A stretch of DNA of 37,625 nucleotides from Anaerolineae bacterium (GTDB lineage Bacteria > Chloroflexota > Anaerolineae > S140-20): assembly GCA_027021705.1 (NCBI GenBank), contig JALUTT010000089.1, forward strand, positions 1 to 37,625, in the 5' to 3' direction. The notes under the pieces were generated by a model. The model saw only the letters and a list, made by a program, of their open reading frames with translations, made no database searches and was not told where the DNA came from. Of the stretch, positions 16,282-25,919 are shown piece after piece (position 1 is the first letter of the stretch; every line of letters starts with the position of its first letter). A program made the position numbers and the translations under genes.

Positions 16282-18216
16282 TCAGAGGTTCTCGATCTCC
16301 ACCGGCTCCACGGGATCGGCCAACGGGAAGCCGAAGACCCGCGAGTAGAAGTAGAGCTCGGCGTCCAAGGCCCGCTTGATGTGCTCGGCCCGACGGAAGC
16401 CGTGCTGCTCCCCCTCGAAGAGCAGGTAGGCGACGGGCAGCCCTTTGGCCCGCAGCGCCTCCACCATCCGCTCTGCCTGCTCCGGGGGCACCACCCGATC
16501 CTCCGCCCCCTGGAAGAAGATGATGGGGCAGGAGAGCCGGTCGGCAAAGTGGATGGGCGAACGCTGGCGGTAGAGGTCCCGCCGCTCCGGATAGGGGCCG
16601 ATCAGCCGGTCCAGGTAGCGAGACTCAAACTTGTGGGTCTCCTGGGCCAGGGCCTCCAGGTCGCTGATGCCGTAGTAGCTGGCACCGGCCCGGAAGAAGT
16701 CCCGGAAGGTCAGGGCGCAGAGGGTGGTGTACCCCCCGGCGCTCCCCCCTCGGATGATCAGCCGCTCGCCGTCCACCTCTCCCCGCCTCACCAGGTAGCG
16801 GGCTCCATTCACGCAGTCGTCCACATCCGCAACGCCCCACTGCCCGTAGAGCGCTTCCCGATAGGCCCGCCCATAGCCGGTGCTGCCCCGGTAGTTGACG
16901 TCCAGCACGGCGATGCCCCGGCTGGTCCAGTACTGGATCGCCGGGTTGAAGACGGTCGAGGTGGCCGAGGTCGGGCCACCGTGGCTGATGACGATGAGGG
17001 GAGGCCGCTCGTCGGGTGGACCGACGAAGTCCCGGTTCTGAGGCGGGTAGAAGAAGGCGTAAGCCCGCTGCTCATCCTCTGTCGGGAAGTCGAGGATCTG
17101 AGGAATGGAGAGGTAGCCGGAGTCCACGGTGAGGGAACTGGAGCGCCGCAACACCTCCCGCCGTCCCGTCGCCAGGTCCATCTGGACGATGGAGATGGGC
17201 TCTACCGGCGAACCGGCCCGGAAAAGCACGCGCCCGGCGGCCGCCCGCACGCCCGTGATGGTCGTGTAGGGCGTCTCGATGGGCTCCAGCCGGCCCGTCG
17301 CCGTCTCCACAACCGCCAGGGTCCAGGTGCCCCGGACGGCATAGGCGCAGACGATCCGCCCCTCCGACGCAAAGGCGTAGGTGGACATCCCAAAGACCCA
17401 CTGAGGGAGCCCAAACTCCGCCTCCATCTCGACGAGGGGCTCTACCCGTCCATCCCGCCAGCGGTAGAGGTTCCACCAACCCGTCCGGTCGGAGACGAAG
17501 TAGAGGGTGCCGTCGGGCGACCACTCCGGCTGGAAGACGGACTCCCGCTCGCCGCCGGCCACGCGCCGGGCCTCGCCCAGGGTCCCGTCGGCCCACAGCT
17601 CCCCCACCCATAGCTCCGTCCCATCCCAGGGCATGTTGGGGTGGTTCCAGGTGAGCCAGGCCAGCCGCGTCCCGTCGGGGCTGAGGCGAGGGGAAGCGTA
17701 GAAGTCGTTGCCCGCCACCAGCACCTGCCCCCCTTGGGCATCCCCGTCGAGCCGCACGCCGACGATGGTGTTGACCGCCTCTCGGTCGCCGACGGTGTGA
17801 TCCTCCCGCACGCAGATCAGCCGCCCCCGGCGGCGGTCCACCACGCCGTCGGCGTAGCGCCAGGCCCCCTCGGGCGTGATGGGGCGCGGGGGCTGTCCGG
17901 GGTCCTGACGGTAGAGGCGCTGGTCGGCGAAGTTGGAGAAGTAGACGACACCGCCGGCCACGGTGAAGGCCCCACCACCGTACTCGTGCACCCGGGTGCG
18001 GGCGCTGAAGGGAGGCGGGGTGACGTCGGTCGTCCGTCCGTCGGGCGTCCGACGCACGATGACGCTCCGCCCCCCTTCGGAGGGCCGCATCTCGACCCAG
18101 TAGACCTCCTCGCCGTCGAGGACGATCTGATCCAGCCGGACCGTCTCGGCGACGATGAGGTCGGACGTGATGGGTGACTTCCAAGAGCCGTAAGGGGCGA
18201 CTTGGGGTTGGGCCAT
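16282..18216 (-). CDS. S9 (prolyl oligopeptidase / acylaminoacyl peptidase) family serine peptidase
   Basis: [10 protein letters not shown] start, HEYGGG, HGGPT, GGSAGG nucleophile, D (QGAEDRVV), EQHGF. Confidence 0.93.
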   Translation of the reverse strand: MAQPQVAPYGSWKSPITSDLIVAETVRLDQIVLDGEEVYWVEMRPSEGGRSVIVRRTPDGRTTDVTPPPFSARTRVHEYGGGAFTVAGGVVYFSNFADQRLYRQDPGQPPRPITPEGAWRYADGVVDRRRGRLICVREDHTVGDREAVNTIVGVRLDGDAQGGQVLVAGNDFYASPRLSPDGTRLAWLTWNHPNMPWDGTELWVGELWADGTLGEARRVAGGERESVFQPEWSPDGTLYFVSDRTGWWNLYRWRDGRVEPLVEMEAEFGLPQWVFGMSTYAFASEGRIVCAYAVRGTWTLAVVETATGRLEPIETPYTTITGVRAAAGRVLFRAGSPVEPISIVQMDLATGRREVLRRSSSLTVDSGYLSIPQILDFPTEDEQRAYAFFYPPQNRDFVGPPDERPPLIVISHGGPTSATSTVFNPAIQYWTSRGIAVLDVNYRGSTGYGRAYREALYGQWGVADVDDCVNGARYLVRRGEVDGERLIIRGGSAGGYTTLCALTFRDFFRAGASYYGISDLEALAQETHKFESRYLDRLIGPYPERRDLYRQRSPIHFADRLSCPIIFFQGAEDRVVPPEQAERMVEALRAKGLPVAYLLFEGEQHGFRRAEHIKRALDAELYFYSRVFGFPLADPVEPVEIENL

Positions 18217-18239
18217 CGGATTCCCTCCCGCTTCTCAGC

Positions 18240-20756
18240 TCATTCCTGCCCGCGCAGGACGGCGTCCAGCTCTGTCTCCAGCCGGCGCACGATCCGGCGG
18301 CGCACCTTGTCCGCCTCCCGATCGGTCAGCGTCCGGTCGTCGGCCTGGATGGTGAGGGCGTAGGCCAGGCTCTTCTTGCCGGGGGGCACCGGCTCCCCCC
18401 GGTAGACGTCGAAGAGGCGAGCCCGCCGCAACAGCTTCCCACCGGCCGCCTCGATGAGCGCCTGAACCCGGGCCGCCGGGACCGCCTCGTCCACGATGAC
18501 GGCGATGTCCTGCTGGATGGCCGGGTAGCGGGGCACGTCCTGCACCCGATGGGCCGGCGGCACCAAGGCCAGCAGCCGGTCCAAGGCGAGGTCGGCGGCC
18601 AGGACAGGCTGGGCCGGCAGGTCGAAGGCCTCCCGCACCAGCGGGTGGAGCTCCCCCAACAGGCCCACGGGCTCCTCGCCGATCCAGACCTCGGCCACCC
18701 GACCGGGGTGGAAGGGCGCAGCCTCCGGCCGCTCCTGGGCCGGAGGAGCCGGTTCGTAGCGCACCCCTTCGACGTGCAGCCCCTCCAGCAGGGCCTCGAC
18801 GATCCCCTTCAGGTCGTAGAAGTCCATCGGTTCGCGCTCGGCCGGCACCCAGAAGGGCACCTCCCGAGGGCCGGTCAGCACGATGCCCAACCGCAGGGGC
18901 TCCTCGGGCAGCGCTCCCTCCTCCGCCGGCAGGAAGATGGGGCCGACCTCGAAGAGGGCGACCCGCTCCCGGACGTGGACGTTGTGGGCCACCACCTCCA
19001 GCAGGCTGGCCAGCAGGGAGTGGCGCATCACCCGCCGCTCCTGGCTGATGGGGTTGGCCAGCGTGACGTAGGGGCGGTCGTCGGAGGGGAGGCCCGGTGG
19101 GTAGAGCTTCCGCTCCTGCTCCGGCGCGGTGAGCCGGTAGGTGATCACCTCCTGGAGGCCCAGCCCCGCCAGCAGGTCTCGGACCTGCTCCTCCAGCACC
19201 AGGGGGCGGTTGAGGAACTGGGGCGGGAGCTCGTCGGCCATCAGCGTGGTGGGGATGCGGTCGTAGCCGTAGACGCGGGCGATCTCCTCCAGGAGGTCCG
19301 CCGGCCCGGTGATGTCCAGCCGGTGGTCGGGGACGGTGACCTGCCAGCGGTCCTCGCCGGCGGGAACGACCTGGAACTCCAGCCCCTCCAGGATGCGGCG
19401 GACCTCCGACGGGGCGATCTCCATCCCCAGGATGCGCCGGACTTCGCCCAGGGGGAAGTCCACGACGACGGGGGCCAGTGGGGCCGGGTAGGCGTCCACC
19501 ATGCCGGGGGCGACCCGGCCATCCCCCCACCGGCGCATCAGTTCCGCCGCCCGCCGGACGCCCCGCTCGGCCATCGCCGGGTGCACGCCCCGTCCGAAGC
19601 GGGCGCTGGACTCGCTGGGGAGCCGGAGCCGCTTGCTGGTGCGCCGGATGCTGATGAAGTGGAAGTTGGCCGACTCCAGCAGGATGTGGCGCGTCGTCTC
19701 GGTCACCTCGGTCTCGGCCCCGCCCATGACGCCGGCGATGGCGATGGGGCCGGCGGTGTCGGTGATGAGCAGATCGTCGGGCGTCAGCTCCCGCTCCACG
19801 CCGTCCAGCGTCGTGATCCACTCGCCGGGGCGGGCGGGGCGGACGAGGATGGTGGGCACCTCCCCACCGGCCCGCTCCGCCAGCCGGTCGTAGTCGAAGG
19901 CGTGGAGGGGCTGCCCCCACTCCAGCATCACGTAGTTGGTGACATCCACGACGTTGTTGATGGGGCGCATCCCCGCCAGCCGCAGCCGGTGCTGCACCCA
20001 GAAGGGGGAGGGGCGGATGGTGACGTCGCGGATCACCATGCCGATGTAGCGGGGGCAGAGGGTCGGGTCCTCGATCTCGATGCGCACCTGCTCGGCGGCC
20101 GGCAGGCCCTCGGTGAGGACCTCCAGGGAGGGGTAGCGGACCCGCTGGCCGGTCAGCGCCGCCACCTCCCGGGCCACGCCGATGATGGAGAAGCAGCGGG
20201 CCAAGTTGGGCGTCAGGTCCAGGTCCAGGACGGCGTCGCCCAGGTAGTCGGCCAGGGGCTTGCCCACGGGGGCATCGTCGGGCAGGAGGAGGATGCCGGT
20301 GTGATCGTCGCCCAGCCCCAGCTCCTTCTCGGAGCAGACCATCGCCCGGGAGGAGACGCCCCGGATCTTGGTCTTCTTCAGCTTTTTGATCCGGGGCTCC
20401 TCGGCGTAGCCGTCGTAGAGGCGTGCCCCTTCCATGGCGAAGGCGACCTTGAGGTGCAGGTCGCTCTGACCTCGGTAGGGGAAGAGGTTGGGCGCTCCCG
20501 TGACGACGGTCTCGTGCTGGTCCGAGCCGTAGTTGACGACGGCCAGCACCAGCCGGTCGGCGTTGGGGTGGGGTCGGATCTCGACGATCTCGCCCACCAG
20601 GACCCGTTCCCGATCCCAGACCAGGTCGGCTCCGGGGAGGCCCAGGTACTCGACGCGGGCCACCTCCAGGCCGGCCAAGGTCAGGCGCTCGGCGAGGCTC
20701 TCCAGGGAGAGGGGTACGTCCACGTACTCTTTGAGCCAGGATAGGGGTACTTTCAT
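18240..20756 (-). CDS. pheT: Phenylalanine-tRNA ligase beta subunit
   Basis: MKVPLSWLKEY, HPNADRL, GMRPINNVVDVTNYVMLEWGQPLHAFD, EEIARVYGYD, C-terminal FDVYRG...KKSLAY; RBS AGGAG. Confidence 0.97.
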   Translation of the reverse strand: MKVPLSWLKEYVDVPLSLESLAERLTLAGLEVARVEYLGLPGADLVWDRERVLVGEIVEIRPHPNADRLVLAVVNYGSDQHETVVTGAPNLFPYRGQSDLHLKVAFAMEGARLYDGYAEEPRIKKLKKTKIRGVSSRAMVCSEKELGLGDDHTGILLLPDDAPVGKPLADYLGDAVLDLDLTPNLARCFSIIGVAREVAALTGQRVRYPSLEVLTEGLPAAEQVRIEIEDPTLCPRYIGMVIRDVTIRPSPFWVQHRLRLAGMRPINNVVDVTNYVMLEWGQPLHAFDYDRLAERAGGEVPTILVRPARPGEWITTLDGVERELTPDDLLITDTAGPIAIAGVMGGAETEVTETTRHILLESANFHFISIRRTSKRLRLPSESSARFGRGVHPAMAERGVRRAAELMRRWGDGRVAPGMVDAYPAPLAPVVVDFPLGEVRRILGMEIAPSEVRRILEGLEFQVVPAGEDRWQVTVPDHRLDITGPADLLEEIARVYGYDRIPTTLMADELPPQFLNRPLVLEEQVRDLLAGLGLQEVITYRLTAPEQERKLYPPGLPSDDRPYVTLANPISQERRVMRHSLLASLLEVVAHNVHVRERVALFEVGPIFLPAEEGALPEEPLRLGIVLTGPREVPFWVPAEREPMDFYDLKGIVEALLEGLHVEGVRYEPAPPAQERPEAAPFHPGRVAEVWIGEEPVGLLGELHPLVREAFDLPAQPVLAADLALDRLLALVPPAHRVQDVPRYPAIQQDIAVIVDEAVPAARVQALIEAAGGKLLRRARLFDVYRGEPVPPGKKSLAYALTIQADDRTLTDREADKVRRRIVRRLETELDAVLRGQE

Positions 20757-20776
20757 TAGATTACTCCTGTCAGATA

Positions 20777-20862
20777 AGCGGCGATGAGGCGACGCGGTGA
20801 TGAGGCAGCGAGGCAACGAGGGAATGAGGCAACAAGGCTACGAGGTATCAAGGTAAGGAGGG
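20777..20862. repeat. 8-mer array (consensus GAGGCAAC, about 10 units), downstream flank of the four-helix-bundle gene
   Basis: gaggcgac gcggtgat gaggcagc gaggcaac gagggaat gaggcaac aaggctac gaggtatc aaggtaag. Confidence 0.85.
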
Positions 20863-21350
20863 CCGTCTTCCCCCACGGCTTCGCCGGGGTCTGGAGGGGG
20901 ATAGACCTCCTCATCTGCGACTTCGTAAACGACACGAAGTTCCCGGACCAGGAGATCGCGGCCAGGTTCATCTTCGCCCTGGCGACGGCGCTTCAGGAAG
21001 TCAATGTAGCCGTTGAGCAATCGCCGCACTTCATCGGCCAAGGCTCGCACCTCTGCGTAGAGGCCGTGGGGAATGTAGCCCAGGTCCATCGCGGTAATCA
21101 AGTGATTGACCATCTCATCGAGGGAGCCACGGGCATTGTAGCAGAACCGGATGACATCCCCATAGTAGTAGCGCCCATACCCCTCGGCAATGTTGGCCAT
21201 CACGCTTTTGGAGGATGCACGCATTTGGTGGGCCAATCCCCATTTCTCCTCGGGCGGCAGCAGCGGAACAACCTGCCGGTGGACCGCGATCATCAGGGTC
21301 CGCGCCTTCTGCCATACCTTCAGCCCCTCAAAGCCTCGCTTGGTCACCAC
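20838..21350 (-). CDS. Four-helix-bundle protein (23S rRNA intervening-sequence protein / S23-like family)
   Basis: FEGLKVWQKA, LPPEEKWGLAHQMRASSKSVMANIAEGYGR, ARGSLDE, DLGYI motifs. Confidence 0.92.
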   Translation of the reverse strand: MVTKRGFEGLKVWQKARTLMIAVHRQVVPLLPPEEKWGLAHQMRASSKSVMANIAEGYGRYYYGDVIRFCYNARGSLDEMVNHLITAMDLGYIPHGLYAEVRALADEVRRLLNGYIDFLKRRRQGEDEPGRDLLVRELRVVYEVADEEVYPPPDPGEAVGEDGPPYLDTS

Positions 21351-21360
21351 GCCCCCTTTC

Positions 21361-21470
21361 CCCTCACTGCCTCATCCCTCACCAACTTGGTGCCTCATTC
21401 CTCATTACCTCGTTGCCTCTTCCTTGCCTTATTACCTCAGTGCCTCCTCACCTCGTTGCCTCTTCCCTCA
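21361..21470. repeat. 8-mer array (consensus GTTGCCTC, about 12 degenerate units), upstream flank, inverted relative to the 20777 array
   Basis: tgcctcattcctcattacctcgttgcctcttccttgccttattacctcagtgcctcctcacctcgttgcctc; begins at the pheS stop codon. Confidence 0.85.
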
Positions 21471-22493
21471 GAATTGCTCCAAAAACCTCAAATCATTCCC
21501 CCAGAAGTACCGGATGTCGTTGATGCCGTACTTGAGCATGGCGATCCGCTCCGGGCCCATGCCGAAGGCGAAGCCGGAGTAGACGTCGGGGTCGTAGCCG
21601 CCGTTGCGCAGCACCACCGGATGGACCATCCCCGCCCCCATGATCTCCAGCCAGCCGGTATGCTTGCAGACGGGGCACCCCTCCCCGCCGCAGAGGATGC
21701 ACTGGATGTCCATCTCCACGCTGGGCTCGGTGAAGGGGAAGTGGGAGCAGCGGAAACGGTAGGGGCGGTCCTCGCCGAAGAGCTGCCGGGCGAACTCGAC
21801 CAGCGTCCCCTTCAGGTCGGTCATCGTGATCCGCCGTCCCACGGCCAGCCCCTCGACCTGGTTGAACTGGATCTCCGAGCGGGCCGTGATCTGCTCATAG
21901 CGGTAGCACATCCCCGGCAGGATGACGCGGATGGGATGGGGGGCGTACTCCCGCATAGCGTGGATCTGGCCGGGGGAGGTGTGGGTGCGCAGCAGCACCC
22001 CGGGCTCGGTGGTGTAGAAGGTATCCCACATATCGCGGGCCGGATGGTGGGGCGGCATGTTCAGCAATTGGAAGTTGTACTCATCCGTCTCCACGTCCCG
22101 GCTGCGGTAGACCTGGAACCCCATCCGGGTGAGGATGGCGACGATCTCCCGCAAGATGCGGGTGCTGGGATGAAGCCGGCCTCGGGGGAGGGGCCGGCCC
22201 GGCAGCGTCACGTCAATGGCCCCCGCCTCTACCTCGCGGGCGATCTCCGCCTCCTTGATGGCCCGGCTGCGGGCCTGGAAGGCCGCCTCCAGGGCCGCCT
22301 TGACTTCGTTGGCCCGGCGACCGAAGGCCGGTCGCTCTTCCTTGGAGAGCTCCCCCACCCGGCGCACCATCTGGGTGACCGCGCCCTTGCGGCCCAGATA
22401 GCGGCTGTACCAGGCCGAGAGCCCCTCGCTATCGGCCACAGCCTCCAAGGCGTTTCGAGCCTCTTCGTACAGACGGTCCAGCGCCTCCAGCAT
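21468..22493 (-). CDS. pheS: Phenylalanine-tRNA ligase alpha subunit
   Basis: HPARDMWDTFY, LRTHTSPGQ, FNQVEG, FPFTEPS, GFAFGMGPERIAML; ATG 22493 with AAGGAG. Confidence 0.97.
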   Translation of the reverse strand: MLEALDRLYEEARNALEAVADSEGLSAWYSRYLGRKGAVTQMVRRVGELSKEERPAFGRRANEVKAALEAAFQARSRAIKEAEIAREVEAGAIDVTLPGRPLPRGRLHPSTRILREIVAILTRMGFQVYRSRDVETDEYNFQLLNMPPHHPARDMWDTFYTTEPGVLLRTHTSPGQIHAMREYAPHPIRVILPGMCYRYEQITARSEIQFNQVEGLAVGRRITMTDLKGTLVEFARQLFGEDRPYRFRCSHFPFTEPSVEMDIQCILCGGEGCPVCKHTGWLEIMGAGMVHPVVLRNGGYDPDVYSGFAFGMGPERIAMLKYGINDIRYFWGNDLRFLEQF

Positions 22494-22533
22494 CGTCTCG
22501 TCTCCTTGAGATGTCGTCGAACCGTAACTGTTC

Positions 22534-22630
22534 ACCCTCCCGCAGGTTAGACACGTTTCCGACGCGAAACCGTGCTTCAAATAGCCCATCGGGGCTGAAA
22601 GCGCCCTCGACCGGTGACCTGCGGGGGGGT
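22534..22630. mobile_element. 97-bp REPIN/MITE-like element, copy 2
   Basis: accctcccgcaggt...acctgcgggggggt; near-identical reverse complement of 24208-24304. Confidence 0.8.
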
Positions 22631-22649
22631 AGGCTGATAGATACGTCGA

Positions 22650-22965
22650 ACCAAACGAAACGCGCCCTCGCCCCAACAGGGACGAGAGCGCGATGCTCCC
22701 GCGGTACCACCCTGGTTCCCGGTCCGAAGACCGGGCCCTCGTTCCACCAACGGCCAAGCTCGGTCGCCGACCGGCCGGCGATTGGCTGCCCCGCTAACGG
22801 TGGGCTTCCGGAGCGGGCTACTTGCTGGGGGCAACGGCCGCCCCTCAGTTTCACCCGTCGGCTCAGGGGCGAACTTCAGCGGGCTTCCCCCGAGGGAGGC
22901 TCCCAGTCTCCGGCCTCCCCTCCCTGGCGGGTTCCCCCCGCCTACTCCTCCCCGTCACAGCCTTT
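22650..22965 (-). ncRNA. T-box riboswitch (Phe, UUC specifier) with terminator
   Basis: Stem I start ggctgtgacggggaggagtag; specifier gaagTTC (22873-22871); T-box AACCAGGGTGGTACCGCG (22717-22700); terminator hairpin 22692-22661 plus U-rich tail. Confidence 0.93.
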
Positions 22966-22989
22966 GGTTGCTATCCTTTGTGGGTCGGG

Positions 22990-23018
22990 ATTATGCCTCA
23001 GAAGCCCCGTTTTGTCAA
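22990..23018 (-). promoter_or_regulatory. Sigma70-type promoter for T-box/pheST
   Basis: TTGACA - 17 nt - CATAAT. Confidence 0.8.
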
Positions 23019-23800
23019 GCCGATGCCGAACGCCGCTGACGGACGACCTCGAAGAGCAGAATCCCGGTGGCCACGGCTGCGTTGAGGGATTCCACCCCCC
23101 GCTCCATCGGGATGACGACCCGCCCGTGGGCCAGCTCCTGGGCCTCCTGGGAGACACCCCGGGCCTCCCCGCCGACGATGAGGGCGATCGGCTTCCGCCA
23201 GTTGACGACGGTGTAGGGCACGTCCCCCCGGGCCGCCGCCAGCCAGACGTCTTGCCCCTCCAGGTGGCGGCGGACCTCCCGCCAGCCCATCGCGCGGGTG
23301 GGGATGCGGAAGTGGGCCCCGGCCCCTCCCCGCACCGTCTTGGGGTTGTAGAGGTCCACGGTGCCCGGGGCCAGCAGGACCCAGTCCACGCCGGCCGCGG
23401 CCGCCGTGCGCAGGATCGCCCCCAGGTTGCCCGGCGTCCTCACCCCATCCACCACGAGGGTAAAGGTGGGATGATCGGGCGCGGGGAGCCGGACAAAGGG
23501 AAGGACCGCCACCAGGCCGGGCGGCGTCTCCGTGTCGGTGCAGGCCCGCATCACCGCATCGTCCACCAGGTGGCAGGGCGCTCCCAACCCCTCCAAAGCT
23601 TCAAGCACCGCCGCGCCCCGGGCCTCTTCGGCCAAGGACGCGACGTAGAGGACGAAGTCGGGCACGAGGCCGGCCCGCACCACCTCTTCCGCTAAGCGGA
23701 CCCCTTCGATGACAAAACGATGCTCCCTATAGCGGGCTCGCCGCCGACTCTGGAGCATCCGTACCCGTTTGACCTTCGGGTTGGCCAGGCTGACGATCAC
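23015..23800 (-). CDS. TrmH/SpoU family RNA 2'-O-methyltransferase
   Basis: [46 protein letters not shown]. Confidence 0.92.
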   Translation of the reverse strand: MIVSLANPKVKRVRMLQSRRRARYREHRFVIEGVRLAEEVVRAGLVPDFVLYVASLAEEARGAAVLEALEGLGAPCHLVDDAVMRACTDTETPPGLVAVLPFVRLPAPDHPTFTLVVDGVRTPGNLGAILRTAAAAGVDWVLLAPGTVDLYNPKTVRGGAGAHFRIPTRAMGWREVRRHLEGQDVWLAAARGDVPYTVVNWRKPIALIVGGEARGVSQEAQELAHGRVVIPMERGVESLNAAVATGILLFEVVRQRRSASA

Positions 23801-24156
23801 ATCTGGAGCGCCTCTCGGGCCACCTCAACCAGTTGGGCAAAGGCCGCTTCATCTCGGACGGCCAAATCGGCCAGCATCTTGCGGTCCAATTCGACGCCGG
23901 CCCGTTTGAGGCCGTGGATGAACTGGCTGTAGGAAAGGCCGTTGAGCCGGGCAGCGGCGTTGATGCGCGTGATCCACAGCCGGCGCATATCCCGCCGGCG
24001 CTGCCGGCGATCCCGATAGGCATAACGGAGGGACTTCATCAGGGCCTCATTGGCCCGGCGGAAGAGCCGATGGCGCGTCCCGTAGTATCCTTCGGTCGCT
24101 TTGATGATCTTCTTGTGGCGTCGTCGGGTCTTTGGACCCCCCTTAACTCGCGTCAC
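23797..24156 (-). CDS. rplT: 50S ribosomal protein L20
   Basis: [39 protein letters not shown]. Confidence 0.97.
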   Translation of the reverse strand: MTRVKGGPKTRRRHKKIIKATEGYYGTRHRLFRRANEALMKSLRYAYRDRRQRRRDMRRLWITRINAAARLNGLSYSQFIHGLKRAGVELDRKMLADLAVRDEAAFAQLVEVAREALQM

Positions 24157-24207
24157 AGTACCTCACCTCACGTTCACAGGTCTCAGTGAATCGTATCTAT
24201 TCAGCCT

Positions 24208-24304
24208 ACCCTCCCGCAGGTCACCGGTCGAGGGCGCTTTCAGCCCCGATGGGCTATTTGAAGCACGGTTTCACGTCGGAAACGCGCCTAACCTGCGGGA
24301 GGGT
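24208..24304. mobile_element. 97-bp REPIN/MITE-like element, copy 3 (between rpmI and rplT)
   Basis: accctcccgcaggt...acctgcgggagggt; also shares about 15 bp of flank (cgtatctattcagcct) with copy 2. Confidence 0.8.
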
Positions 24305-24369
24305 TGTCGAAGCAACCGGTCGGTTGCCCCTGCATCGCCCTCTTTTGGTCACGCTCAATCCCAGGTGGT

Positions 24370-24588
24370 CTACGACTTCCGGCGCAGGTAGGGGGCCAGC
24401 CGGCGCACCCGCCGCTCGAGCCCTTTGGACTCCACCGGCAGCATCTCGTCGAAGAGGGCCTTCACCCGGCGCGACTTCTTGCGGCGCAGGTGACTCTTGC
24501 CCAGCTTGGTGCGCATCAGCTTGCCCTTTCCCCCTTTGGTGAGACGAAAGCGCTTGGATGTAGATTTGTGGGTCTTGATCTTCGGCAT
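24370..24588 (-). CDS. rpmI: 50S ribosomal protein L35
   Basis: MPKIKTHKSTSKRFRLTKGGK...KSHL...LAPY. Confidence 0.96.
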   Translation of the reverse strand: MPKIKTHKSTSKRFRLTKGGKGKLMRTKLGKSHLRRKKSRRVKALFDEMLPVESKGLERRVRRLAPYLRRKS

Positions 24589-24734
24589 CCTTGTACTCCT
24601 TTTGGCATACCGGCCTCAGACGGCCGGTCAGCTTCCGGCGGCAATGATCTCGCCTGTTACCAAACCGACCGCCGGACCCGGGTCCGGCGGTAGAAAATCG
24701 TCTGAGGGAACTTTCTCATCATCCACCAGCGACG

Positions 24735-25073
24735 TCACGCCAGCAACGCCCTCAACTTCCCCAGCACCTCCAGTACCACCTTTTCAGGTACCTTGCATAT
24801 CTTCTCCACCCGCCGTGCCCGCCAATCCAAACTCCTCACCTGATCCGCCAGCACCACACCCTCCACTCCCATCCCTTCCGGTATCTGGACCTCAAATGGA
24901 TACCCTTTCTCCCGTCGTGTGATCGGACACATAATAGCCAACCCGACCCGCCCATTGTACACTTCAGGCGACAACACCAAGGCCGGCCGCCGTCCTGCTT
25001 GTTCATGTCCTACCTGTGGGCTCAAGGTCACCCACACCACATCACCCCGAGCGGGCACATACCCTTTCACCAC
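24735..25073 (-). CDS. mazF: MazF/PemK endoribonuclease toxin
   Basis: RGDVVWV, GHEQAGRRPALVLS, CPIT, KGYPFEV, DQVRSLDW. Confidence 0.93.
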   Translation of the reverse strand: MVKGYVPARGDVVWVTLSPQVGHEQAGRRPALVLSPEVYNGRVGLAIMCPITRREKGYPFEVQIPEGMGVEGVVLADQVRSLDWRARRVEKICKVPEKVVLEVLGKLRALLA

Positions 25074-25315
25074 ACCTCTTTCCCCATCGCTGGCCCCATA
25101 TCCACTTCCTGGTGGATATTCTCCTGCGTTACTCCCGCGAGCAGATCCTCCAGCCGATACGTTGGCACAACCACCGGCATAATCACCAGCCGTCCACCCT
25201 CAAGGATCAACTCCACACGGCTTCCTTCTTTCAGCCCTACTTCCTCGGCCAATAGCCGAGGTATCTGCAACGCTAAACTTTCGCCCCATACCTTCACCCG
25301 TGTCTCCACCTCCAC
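25067..25315 (-). CDS. mazE: MazE/AbrB-type antitoxin
   Basis: WGESLALQIP, LEDLLAGVT, GKEVW; overlaps mazF. Confidence 0.9.
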   Translation of the reverse strand: MEVETRVKVWGESLALQIPRLLAEEVGLKEGSRVELILEGGRLVIMPVVVPTYRLEDLLAGVTQENIHQEVDMGPAMGKEVW

Positions 25316-25403
25316 TACCTCCTCAAAAGCTTAAAAGGCATCTCAACCCAGTCCATCGCCCTCTTCAGCTTACAGAGCGATCCTGGCCTCATCGGCGCAG
25401 CCC

Positions 25404-25919
25404 TTACGAGCGCTTCGGCGTCAGCACCATCTGCATCGAGAACCCCTGGAGCTTGGGCTTACGCTCGATGTCCGACACATCGGCCAAGGACTCGGCCACG
25501 GTGGTCAGCAGTTGCTGTCCCAGCTCGGGATAGGTGACCTCCCGTCCTCGGAAGTGCACGGTCACCTTGACCTTGGCCCCCTTCTCCAGCCACTGACGGG
25601 CTTGGCGGATCTTGTAGTCCAGATGATGGGCCGCGATCTTGGGACGCAGACGGAGTTCCTTGACCTCCATCTGCTTCTGGGCCTTCCGGGCCTCTCGCTC
25701 CTTGCGCGCCCGCTCGTACAGGAACTTCCCGTAGTCCATGATGCGGACCACCGGGGGGTCCGCCGCTGGTGAAACTTCCACCAGGTCTAAATCAGCCTCC
25801 TGGGCAGCCTGCAATGCCTCACTAAGGGGCACAACCCCCAGGTGCTCACCATCCGCGCCGATGAGGCGTACCGTGCGGGCGCGAATCTCCTCGTTGATGC
25901 GATGTCTTCTGGTGCTAAT
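25404..25919 (-). CDS. infC: Translation initiation factor IF-3, ATT start
   Basis: RINEEIRARTVRLI, DLVEVS, PPVVRIMDYGKF, FRGRE; in-frame ATT at 25919 after GGGGGAG. Confidence 0.95.
   Translation of the reverse strand: MSTRRHRINEEIRARTVRLIGADGEHLGVVPLSEALQAAQEADLDLVEVSPAADPPVVRIMDYGKFLYERARKEREARKAQKQMEVKELRLRPKIAAHHLDYKIRQARQWLEKGAKVKVTVHFRGREVTYPELGQQLLTTVAESLADVSDIERKPKLQGFSMQMVLTPKRS

Noticed and set aside
20838..21350. Four-helix bundle as the Avd of a diversity-generating retroelement
   Set aside because: No reverse transcriptase and no TR/VR pair with adenine-specific mismatches seen in the window.
13448..22550. Long plus-strand ORFs (13448-15214, 16138-17613, 18174-20744, 20784-22550)
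   Set aside because: Antisense shadows of well-supported minus-strand genes.
22494..22757. N-terminal extension of PheS sharing peptide YPPAGHRSRALSAPMGYLKHGF with ORF 24186-24542
   Set aside because: Translation of the non-coding 97-bp element and T-box terminator, not protein homology.
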